From sequence record MN850570.1: a stretch of 40,770 bases of DNA; one strand, given 5' to 3'. This DNA comes from Escherichia phage mellemsur. Positions 1 to 6,709 of this stretch are shown here, in pieces. The first letter of the stretch is position 1. Every line of letters begins with the position of its first letter. A program made the translations under genes and the position numbers. The notes under the pieces are model-generated. The model saw nothing but the letters and a program-made list of their open reading frames with translations, did no database searches and had not been told where the DNA came from.

Positions 1-166
1 TGGATGTACCCGCCGTATGCTACCACGTAGTCGCCCAGCTTAAGCTCCTGCGTTTTCTTCTCGACGTATTGAAACGGCGAGTCGTCATGCACAGGTGCTG
101 GCGGTGCGCCAAAGGCATCCACCAACCAGCGCTGTAGCTTGGCTACGTTCTCACTCCACTTACTCA
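1..166 (-). CDS. hypothetical early protein, N-terminal fragment (gene continues beyond window start)
   Basis: ATG at 164-166 preceded by AGAGAGG Shine-Dalgarno; frame open to window edge (MSKWSENVAKLQRWLVDAFG...); E. coli-like codons. Confidence 0.4.
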
Positions 167-169
167 TAG

Positions 170-454
170 TCACACCTCTCTTTCTTCCAGCCATTGTTGC
201 GCGGCTGCATACGCATCTTCATAACTGATGAAGCCGTCGAACTCGTCGCCGTTCGGTGCGAGGAAGCACCAGTCGAGGTGTTTATGTGGGTTGCCCCGCG
301 AGAAGATTACGCAGGGGAATACGCCGCCGACCGAGTGCCCACGCAGGCCGCCGTTACCAGCACAGTGACCGAGCGTTGCGGCTACCCCACGCAGATGCTC
401 AGCCTCACGAATTGCGCCAGCTTGTTCGATAAGTGATTCAGATGCCAGTACCAT
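170..454 (-). CDS. hypothetical early protein
   Basis: 94-aa ORF; minus frame uses common codons (ctg, cgt, ggc, gaa) whereas overlapping plus-frame ORF 194..436 is rich in rare codons (ata, cga, cgg, ccc). Confidence 0.5.
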   Translation of the reverse strand: MVLASESLIEQAGAIREAEHLRGVAATLGHCAGNGGLRGHSVGGVFPCVIFSRGNPHKHLDWCFLAPNGDEFDGFISYEDAYAAAQQWLEEREV

Positions 455-456
455 AA

Positions 457-609
457 CTACCCCCGGATTAAATAATATTCATGGTGCATGTAGTGACCGC
501 CGAGGTATACCGCCCGGCTCATTAGGTTAGGGTTGCTCGCCCCGCCCAGCGCACAGTAACCAGCGTATGATATCTGGTTGGCGTGGGCATTGTATGTGCT
601 CCCACTCAT
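457..609 (-). CDS. hypothetical small protein (start moved to internal ATG, MSGSTYNAH...)
   Basis: GAGGT Shine-Dalgarno upstream of internal ATG; tightly packed between neighbours; some rare codons so uncertain. Confidence 0.3.
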   Translation of the reverse strand: MSGSTYNAHANQISYAGYCALGGASNPNLMSRAVYLGGHYMHHEYYLIRG

Positions 610-665
610 AGTGACCTCGCTCGTTTGATAATGACACAGCCCCCGCAAGCAGAGGCTGTAGCTTA

Positions 666-896
666 TCACTCGACCAGCTCGAAGCCATCGCCAAGCTGGG
701 TTACAACGGTGTCGCCTGCATCGTCATCTACCCACAGCTCGTTGGGCAGGCAGACTTCCAGACCATCCGGGTCAACCTCACCCAGCTCAGGAAGACGTGC
801 TGCATACAGCTCACCGATGGTGCAGTCACGAGCACAGAACTTGCTATGCACTGACTTATGCACGCCAGTGTAGCGAACGGTTACTTCTTTAGCCAT
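666..896 (-). CDS. small acidic early protein (paralog of 900..1145)
   Basis: 76 aa, strongly acidic; shares RD-x-TIG-x-xY-xA-xL-xE-xGE-x-x-PDG and C-terminal (L/I)VE with the adjacent gene. Confidence 0.55.
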   Translation of the reverse strand: MAKEVTVRYTGVHKSVHSKFCARDCTIGELYAARLPELGEVDPDGLEVCLPNELWVDDDAGDTVVTQLGDGFELVE

Positions 897-899
897 GAG

Positions 900-1145
900 T
901 TACTCCACGATTTCAATGGTGTGGCCAACGTGTGCGGCAGTGAATGCGAAGCACTCGTCACCCACATCGTCAACGAAGAAGATACCCTGTTCGTCAGTTG
1001 TGTAGCTGCCGTCAGGAAGTTCTTCACCATCCTCAACCAGCAGTGCGTCATACTCTTTGCCGATGGTGGTGTCACGTACTGCGCCAGAGAAATGCTCAGG
1101 CAGGGAAGTGTGACCGATGATGCGAATCAGAATTGAACGTGCCAT
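900..1145 (-). CDS. small acidic early protein (paralog of 666..896)
   Basis: Start moved to ATG (MARSIL...) with GAGGA Shine-Dalgarno; about 81 aa, strongly acidic; motif shared with neighbour. Confidence 0.55.
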   Translation of the reverse strand: MARSILIRIIGHTSLPEHFSGAVRDTTIGKEYDALLVEDGEELPDGSYTTDEQGIFFVDDVGDECFAFTAAHVGHTIEIVE

Positions 1146-1149
1146 ATAA

Positions 1150-1485
1150 TTAGTCCTCGTTGTCAATACCAAAGAGATACATCTGCCCTTCATAGATGGG
1201 AGTCAGTACCTTGAGCCACGTCTGGACAGCCAGCGGCGCGGCGCTATGATGTTGCTCGTTCAGCAGGTCAATGATGAATGGCCTGCGTCCGGCGTACGCT
1301 TTGAAGCGGTCGATGATTTGCTCGTCGGTCGCCTCGCTCGTCAGCATCTGCTGACCTAAGATTTCAATCTGGTCGATAACGACCAGCCCTTCCTGACCAT
1401 CGGGCAGGCGGTACAGCAGTACCGCCACGTCTTGCCCATCCGTAATGTCAGGCCCACGGAATACCTTGACCGGATGCAGCGCCAT
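1150..1485 (-). CDS. hypothetical early protein
   Basis: 111-aa ORF in co-directional early gene string. Confidence 0.5.
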   Translation of the reverse strand: MALHPVKVFRGPDITDGQDVAVLLYRLPDGQEGLVVIDQIEILGQQMLTSEATDEQIIDRFKAYAGRRPFIIDLLNEQHHSAAPLAVQTWLKVLTPIYEGQMYLFGIDNED

Positions 1486-1487
1486 GC

Positions 1488-1772
1488 TTAGACCTCGAAG
1501 CTACCAATCGCTTCGTAGCCCTTGGCAGGCATGTTCACAGCCGCGCCCTCATTCAAGGTGCCGCCGTTCAGCAGGAACGCCAGCTCACCCATGCGGCTGA
1601 TGTCAGATTCCAGCGACGGCAGCGCAGCCTTCGCATCTTCAACCGTGTTCAGTTCCGGTACGTCTTTGCAGCCGGAGATACACAGCGCCATGTTGCCTTC
1701 TTCGAAGCCATCGCCCACGATTGCAACGATATCTTTTTCAGAAGCGGAGTAGTAAGCAGTTACTTTAGCCAT
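1488..1772 (-). CDS. hypothetical early protein (start at MAKVTAYY)
   Basis: Internal ATG with GAGGG Shine-Dalgarno; track N-terminal extension uses rare codons (agg, ata, cta). Confidence 0.5.
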   Translation of the reverse strand: MAKVTAYYSASEKDIVAIVGDGFEEGNMALCISGCKDVPELNTVEDAKAALPSLESDISRMGELAFLLNGGTLNEGAAVNMPAKGYEAIGSFEV

Positions 1773-1840
1773 GATAAAACCCTCAGTTAGTTGTGGCATG
1801 ATTGCCCTACAGCCCACCGCTATGAATGGCCTGTCAGTAA

Positions 1841-2371
1841 TCACGCAGCTTGTTTAGCCTTGCGCAGCAGGTCGAGCACGTTCTGAGGCACTACGACCTT
1901 GTTCGCGTCTTCGTCCTTGCCTTCGTGACGCAGCTCATTGGCCTTGTTCAGCGCCTTCTCAGCTTTGGCAATCAGCTTTTCGAGCGCATCTTGCAGGTCG
2001 AAGCCTTCGAACGCCTGCTCAGGCTTCATGCTCCACCACATAGTGGCTTTGGCCGTGTCAATGTTCGCCTTGATATACTCAGCGCCTTGCCAGCCGATGA
2101 AGCCCTGTTTACCGCCGTTCTCACCGATAACCAGACCGCCGAACTTGACGAACCAGTCTACCAGCGCCTTGCCACGAACGCCCTGACCGAGCTGATTCAC
2201 GAAGGATTCAGCGCGAGTGTAGTCGCCGTGATGATAAGCGTGCAGGATGATGCCGACCGCAACGTTCTGAATCTCGTTACGGAGTGAGTGCGCCTTCTTG
2301 ACGGTAGACTCAATAGCCTTGTCCAGAGCGGCAGCGTCTTTGAAGCTGGTGTATTTGATTGCAGTAGTCAT
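1841..2371 (-). CDS. hypothetical early protein (start at MTTAIKY)
   Basis: AAGGGG Shine-Dalgarno about 7 nt upstream of internal ATG; about 176 aa. Confidence 0.5.
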   Translation of the reverse strand: MTTAIKYTSFKDAAALDKAIESTVKKAHSLRNEIQNVAVGIILHAYHHGDYTRAESFVNQLGQGVRGKALVDWFVKFGGLVIGENGGKQGFIGWQGAEYIKANIDTAKATMWWSMKPEQAFEGFDLQDALEKLIAKAEKALNKANELRHEGKDEDANKVVVPQNVLDLLRKAKQAA

Positions 2372-2519
2372 GATGTTACCCCTTGTCAGGTTGGTTGATT
2401 TCACATAGCGCCTCGCAAGACGCTATAGGCTATCAGCCACGGCGACGGCTCAGTCGCTGGTCAATGACCCAGCAGGCCGCCGCTATAACACACAGTGCAG
2501 TGAACATAGTCATGCCCCC

Positions 2520-2909
2520 TTACTCCACTACCCAAAACAGTTCACCGTCATAAGTCCAAGCGGTATGCTGCCCGGCTTCCATCTGCTCGCCTGTTTTGCT
2601 GACCAGCTTGCCAGCAGGCTTGCCCGGATACGGTGAATCCATGAAGATTGCATCATCATCTTTGGTCACTACCATGATGCAGTCCTGTTCAAGAGCTTTA
2701 CAGAACAGCTTAACAGCCTGCCTGATTTCGTAGATTCCATCGACAGGAAATACCATGCTCAACTCATACTGATTGTCGAACTTGCCTGTCAGCGTGACCG
2801 GAATCACTCCGAACATATCCTGCACCGTTCGCAGTGCCTTGCAATGAAGCGCCAGATTAACACATTCAGCGTTATTCGGACGATATGCGCTTGCATAGAT
2901 ACGGTACAT
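2520..2909 (-). CDS. hypothetical protein, first gene downstream of early promoter cluster
   Basis: 129-aa ORF with GGAG Shine-Dalgarno; preceded by about 400-nt leader. Confidence 0.5.
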   Translation of the reverse strand: MYRIYASAYRPNNAECVNLALHCKALRTVQDMFGVIPVTLTGKFDNQYELSMVFPVDGIYEIRQAVKLFCKALEQDCIMVVTKDDDAIFMDSPYPGKPAGKLVSKTGEQMEAGQHTAWTYDGELFWVVE

Positions 2910-3341
2910 AGTTATTTCTCCAGTTGTTGGCTATTTTCAGGTGGATAGTGAACCCATTGTGACGCGCCGTACAGTCTGCACTCGTTGGCATTGATTGGCT
3001 TGTCGGATTCACTACCCTGAAAAATCGCCCCGCCCATTTCGCGCCGTGGATATTGTCTGCATCCACTCTCAGGAGTCCTCCAGCAGTCCGGCTCACCGTT
3101 TCCAGCTTGCCTACCTACCCGCTTCACTCCGCGCCTTATAAGACGTTCGGGATTGTGCTGATACTGCGCTGCGTCTATCGCGCTTCTCCGTTCCCATCGC
3201 ACCGGGCGCTACCCCTATTGCCTTTCGGCGGTGCCCTCACCAGTTCCTAGCTGCGCCGGATACCCATGAGGCCGAGACACTACGTGGCCTGTTTACGTTC
3301 ACTCAGAGCAGGTTGTTTTGCAACCTTTCAACTCGGTGCTG

Positions 3342-3370
3342 ATTACATCACATCGTATTCAGCGTGTCAA
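3342..3370 (-). promoter_or_regulatory. sigma70-like early promoter (TTGACA-N17-TGTAAT on minus strand)
   Basis: plus-strand attaca at 3342-3347 and tgtcaa at 3365-3370 with 17-nt spacer. Confidence 0.45.
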
Positions 3371-3421
3371 CTACTTTTTACTTCTGACTGACTGGCTTGC
3401 TGCCCTGTCAATCTGGAGCGT

Positions 3422-3450
3422 ATTACAGCATACTCGTTTCATCCTGTCAA
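3422..3450 (-). promoter_or_regulatory. sigma70-like early promoter (TTGACA-N17-TGTAAT on minus strand)
   Basis: plus-strand attaca 3422-3427 and tgtcaa 3445-3450, 17-nt spacer. Confidence 0.45.
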
Positions 3451-3558
3451 CCGTTTTATTCAGCGCCCGTTCTGAGATGAATAATCCGTACCAGTTTGCC
3501 TGCGTGTGTTTTAACGTCTTTATCAATGACTGTTTGGCTTGCTGGCTGACGTGGAAGC

Positions 3559-3587
3559 ATTACAGCATAGTGAGCTTGCCTTGTCAA
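3559..3587 (-). promoter_or_regulatory. sigma70-like early promoter (TTGACA-N17-TGTAAT on minus strand)
   Basis: plus-strand attaca 3559-3564 and tgtcaa 3582-3587, 17-nt spacer. Confidence 0.45.
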
Positions 3588-3661
3588 TACACTCCAGATT
3601 GTTAAAGAGCAGTGCTACCGTTCAATCTTGTCTACTGGGCTAGTGCCTTTCGACGTGATGA

Positions 3662-3691
3662 ATTACAGCACATAACCAAAACAGTTTGCAA
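3662..3691 (-). promoter_or_regulatory. sigma70-like early promoter (TTGCAA-N18-TGTAAT on minus strand)
   Basis: plus-strand attaca 3662-3667 and ttgcaa 3686-3691, 18-nt spacer. Confidence 0.4.
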
Positions 3692-3712
3692 GTATTATTT
3701 TCAAGAAAAGTG

Positions 3713-3731
3713 ATAAGTTACTGTAATCATT
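3713..3731. repeat. direct repeat copy 1 (ataagttactgtaatcatt) in AT-rich spacer
   Basis: 19/19 identity with 3792-3810; flanks also similar (gagatta / agataatta). Confidence 0.6.
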
Positions 3732-3791
3732 GAGATTAAAGTTTGATTGGATAATCACAACACTGGATAGAATACCGTTATCAGATAGGTC

Positions 3792-3810
3792 ATAAGTTAC
3801 TGTAATCATT
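3792..3810. repeat. direct repeat copy 2 (ataagttactgtaatcatt)
   Basis: identical to 3713-3731, about 79 bp apart. Confidence 0.6.
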
Positions 3811-3818
3811 AGATAATT

Positions 3819-3850
3819 ATGAAAGTGTCTATAGTGATATAGTATCGCTA
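3819..3850 (-). promoter_or_regulatory. conserved element copy B (minus strand reads tagcgatactatatcactatagacactttcat)
   Basis: 21-nt core tatcactatagacactttcat identical to 25712-25732 (there on plus strand); contains CACTATAGA, the core shared with T7/SP6-type promoters. Confidence 0.4.
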
Positions 3851-4320
3851 GATACGCAGAGCGAGCGCGGCGCAGCCGAAACAAGCGAGCGCCGAACGGA
3901 TGACGGATGGCAGACCGTAGGACTGACAGACGGCAGACAGTGAAGGCAGTAGGACAGTAACAGCAGGTAGCAGAGCATGACGCGCAGAGCTGGCAGGCGC
4001 AGACAGTAGACCGGCACACCACACAGCAGGACGGCAGCACCACGCCGCACACCGCTACACACCAGCACCACACAGCACCACGAAAAGAGACAGATACCCG
4101 CACGACCGAGCGCAGCACGCAGCACCGCACAGCCAGCGCAGAGCGTCCCCATAGGACAGCACCGCACAGCACAGCCAGCAGGACAGCGCACAGCACGTCA
4201 CACGGCAGACGATGAAACGCGACACGCACGAGCTATACCGCACGCAGGCAATCCTCTTGACGCGCCGCGCAGCGCACGCGAGCAAATATCGCGCACGTCG
4301 CGAGGCTAATCCGCGCACAC
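3851..4320. repeat. T-depleted (plus strand) degenerate short-repeat tract, presumed genome terminus / terminal-repeat region
   Basis: Manual count roughly 29 T in about 470 nt; recurring CAGCAC/CACAGCA/GACAGC units; lies between last late gene and early promoters. Confidence 0.65.
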
Positions 4321-4384
4321 GTCATGGGGGTACGCGCGGTCATTTGGGTCGAGGGAGGGCCAAGCATAAACGTGCAATTTTCAA

Positions 4385-4406
4385 GCCGGGGTATTGCACC
4401 CACGGC
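4385..4406 (-). terminator. possible hairpin downstream of endolysin gene
   Basis: imperfect GC stem gccgggg...ccacggc; A/U-rich but not U-run tail; weak. Confidence 0.2.
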
Positions 4407-4435
4407 CTGTTCATTGCCTCAGCTTTTGGATACCC

Positions 4436-4972
4436 CTACAGCGTCGCACAGTAAGCGCTACAGCGTTTTGCACGAGCAACCAAGGCATCCCTATAGCGAA
4501 CCACTGTCGGGGCTGTAGAAGCCTTTAGGAACGCAATACGAAGGTCACAGATGGCTGCTGCTGCGGAGTGAGGTTCCAGACGTTTGGCTGCTGCCACGGT
4601 AGCAGGGCCAATAACCCCGTCTTGTGCAACGCCGCATACCCGCTGTAGAGCTTTCGCCGCACGGGAGACACCGGAGTTGACACCGTAGTCAAACACGGCA
4701 CATGCAATCGCAGGGTGAAGCTCGTCACCTCGGATGGGGGCGTAGTAATCCCGTCGATAGATTGCTTCGGCTTGTGCTTTGGTGAGGTCTTTGATAGGCA
4801 CGCAAATAGTACCGCCAAGCCCAGTAGGGACACCACAAGCTCGGCCATCCAGTTTGCCATCACGAGCGTCGCTAATTCCATGATTCGTTTCCCCTCCGGT
4901 ATCGCCGGGCAGCTTGGTGTAACCACCTTCTGCCAGCCCGGTGAACCGCATACAGATTTCAAAGTTAGTCAT
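4436..4972 (-). CDS. endolysin, GH108-type N-acetylmuramidase with C-terminal peptidoglycan-binding-like domain
   Basis: N-terminal EGGY...D-x-GG-x-T-x-x-GI motif typical of GH108; no signal/SAR sequence; ATGA overlap with upstream gene. Confidence 0.75.
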   Translation of the reverse strand: MTNFEICMRFTGLAEGGYTKLPGDTGGETNHGISDARDGKLDGRACGVPTGLGGTICVPIKDLTKAQAEAIYRRDYYAPIRGDELHPAIACAVFDYGVNSGVSRAAKALQRVCGVAQDGVIGPATVAAAKRLEPHSAAAAICDLRIAFLKASTAPTVVRYRDALVARAKRCSAYCATL

Positions 4973-5355
4973 TACATCCCCAGTAGTGTAGTGATGAAGG
5001 CTTGCAGTGAGCTTAAGTCACCAGCCTTGATTGCTAAGTAGATACCGCTACACAGGGATGCAGTTAAGAGACACCATTTGACAGCGTGAGCCGCCGCCGT
5101 AAACAACTTACCGATATGGCTCATAGTCTTTTGAATGTCCTGAATTTGCTCAACCACAAGGAGCTGCTGTTGAACCGTCTGCCAGCGGAGGTCGTTCTCA
5201 GCCAGCTTGGAAATCATTGCAGCATCGCCCTTTTCAAGAGTGGCGATTTGTACCTCGTGCTTGTCAAGTCGAAGTTCTACGGTCTGCATACGAGCCTCCA
5301 CTGCACCCATACGCGAGTGGATGTTAGGAGATGGCTCCTTCTTTGCTTCCGTCAT
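4972..5355 (-). CDS. lysis-associated membrane protein, putative holin (alternative start at 5289)
   Basis: Coiled-coil-like N-terminus plus single C-terminal TMD (AVKWCLLTASLCSGIYLAI); immediately upstream of endolysin; GGAGG Shine-Dalgarno before internal ATG at 5289. Confidence 0.35.
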   Translation of the reverse strand: MTEAKKEPSPNIHSRMGAVEARMQTVELRLDKHEVQIATLEKGDAAMISKLAENDLRWQTVQQQLLVVEQIQDIQKTMSHIGKLFTAAAHAVKWCLLTASLCSGIYLAIKAGDLSSLQAFITTLLGM

Positions 5356-5812
5356 CTTTCACTTTCCTTTTCCACGGAGATGGTACAAACCACATGACTA
5401 AACCAAGGATACACGTAAGGCCCATGCCGAAAGCCCATAGGAGGCTGCGTGGGTCGCTCTGAGAGACGATAACTGTGCGAGCCTGTACGTTTCCTTGGGT
5501 CATTTGCGACCCCTGCTTAGAAGCGTTTACAGAGCCTCCTGAGACGTCCTTGATGGATGTGCCATTCGAACCCTGCTTAGCGGTATCCACTTTCGCGTTG
5601 CCAGATACGTCACCGACTTCGGTTTCATCGGACTGTTTCGCAGTCACACCGATACCTTGCTTCGTATTTTCTGCACCTACCTGAGCCGTCAGTTCCGGCT
5701 TGTTGGGAGATACAGCCGAAGTTACAGCAGACAGTGCGCTAGTTGCGGAGCAGCCCGTCAGAGTCAGCGACGCTGATAGGACTGCCCCGGCCATTAGCCG
5801 AGACAGTTTCAT
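5324..5812 (-). CDS. outer-membrane lipoprotein with C-terminal transmembrane anchor, candidate unimolecular spanin
   Basis: Signal peptide with lipobox LTGC; Ser/Thr/Lys-rich region with KQG repeats; C-terminal TMD LLWAFGMGLTCILGLVMWFV and basic tail; adjacent to holin-like gene and endolysin. Confidence 0.5.
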   Translation of the reverse strand: MKLSRLMAGAVLSASLTLTGCSATSALSAVTSAVSPNKPELTAQVGAENTKQGIGVTAKQSDETEVGDVSGNAKVDTAKQGSNGTSIKDVSGGSVNASKQGSQMTQGNVQARTVIVSQSDPRSLLWAFGMGLTCILGLVMWFVPSPWKRKVKDDGSKEGAIS

Positions 5813-5822
5813 GAGATACCCC

Positions 5823-6017
5823 TTACGCTGCGGCGTTCGTCAGGTTAGTGAGCGCCGTTTGAACACGGGTCACGAACTCTTGGTAATACGCCACCAGCTC
5901 AGTGTTGGTGGTATCGAAGAAGTAGTCTTCCGTCCAAACGTTCAGATACTTGGCCGCCATATTACAGGCTGCCACGAACTCCGCACGTTCAGCAGCGGTA
6001 GAGTCAACAAGTGCCAT
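5823..6017 (-). CDS. hypothetical protein
   Basis: 64-aa ORF between post-terminase gene and lysis cassette. Confidence 0.45.
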   Translation of the reverse strand: MALVDSTAAERAEFVAACNMAAKYLNVWTEDYFFDTTNTELVAYYQEFVTRVQTALTNLTNAAA

Positions 6018-6028
6018 AAAGATTCTCC

Positions 6029-6709
6029 TTAAGAGAGTGCGATGCCAGTGATTACACCACTAGCGACAGTGAAGGTAACAGTATCCACGTAGGTGCCAGT
6101 TACCGGGATAGCCAGTGCATCACCGTTATCCACCATGGCCACAGTAGCGGCGAGGTTAAAGCCAGTGAGGGCACCGTTGCTTGCCACGAGAGCAGTGGCG
6201 TTATGAGCGTCAGCACCAGCAGAGTTACGGATGGAGTAAGTCGAACCGTTAAGCACTGCATCGGCGTTAGCTGGGAGCCGCACATTGCTCAGCAGGCCGT
6301 CAGCTACACGGGCGGTGGCAGTGGTGATGCCGAGGATAGAGCCGTCGAAGCGACGAATCTCAGTTGAGTCAGTGTGGTCTACCAGTGCTGCGGTAGACAG
6401 GACGAGCTGTACGTTATCCAGCGTGGTGCCAGTAACGTTGGCTGTGGCATTGTGCGCGTCGTTACCTGCGGAGTTGACCACAGATACAGTAGCGCCGTCA
6501 GCCAGCAGAGCGGAACCTTCCGGCGTACCAGCATAGCCAGCCGCCTCAAGTGCCGCCACCAGATTGGTGATAGCCGTTTCAATATCAGCAGCCTGAGCTG
6601 CCGTCACTGTACGGGTATCATTGATAAAGCGTTGAGTCACATTAGCTGCGATACCGCAGCGATAGCCAAGCTCATAACGCTGTGCATCAGTGATGGTGAT
6701 GATGGACAT
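6029..6709 (-). CDS. hypothetical protein with internal tandem duplication (possible virion-associated)
   Basis: 226 aa, Ala/Thr/Gly/Asn/Val-rich; NSAGNDAHNATANVTG and NSAGADAHNATALVAS repeat units; start overlaps terminase stop. Confidence 0.55.
   Translation of the reverse strand: MSIITITDAQRYELGYRCGIAANVTQRFINDTRTVTAAQAADIETAITNLVAALEAAGYAGTPEGSALLADGATVSVVNSAGNDAHNATANVTGTTLDNVQLVLSTAALVDHTDSTEIRRFDGSILGITTATARVADGLLSNVRLPANADAVLNGSTYSIRNSAGADAHNATALVASNGALTGFNLAATVAMVDNGDALAIPVTGTYVDTVTFTVASGVITGIALS

Noticed and set aside
194-436. Plus-strand 80-aa ORF
   Set aside because: Overlaps minus-strand ORF 170..454, which has host-like codon usage and fits the co-directional gene string; plus frame has rare codons.
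2912-3202. 96-aa ORF with GTG start in the early leader
   Set aside because: Dense in rare codons (aga, agg, cga, cgg, ata, gga, caa) unlike neighbouring genes; lies in structured leader downstream of promoters.
3713-3810. LexA (SOS) box in TTACTGTAA within the direct repeats
   Set aside because: Only a single CTGT half-site, no matching ACAG half at the right spacing.
3663-4318. Long minus-strand ORFs (188, 120, 87 aa; Cys/Val/Arg/Leu-rich) and plus-strand ORFs 4212..4454 and 4324..4518 across the terminal tract
   Set aside because: Artefact of extreme T depletion on the plus strand (no TAA/TAG/TGA possible on minus strand); low-complexity translations, no ribosome-binding sites, region better explained as non-coding terminus repeats.
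3851-4320. CRISPR array or tandem satellite in the repeat tract
   Set aside because: Repeats are short, degenerate and without regular repeat-spacer periodicity; no cas genes.
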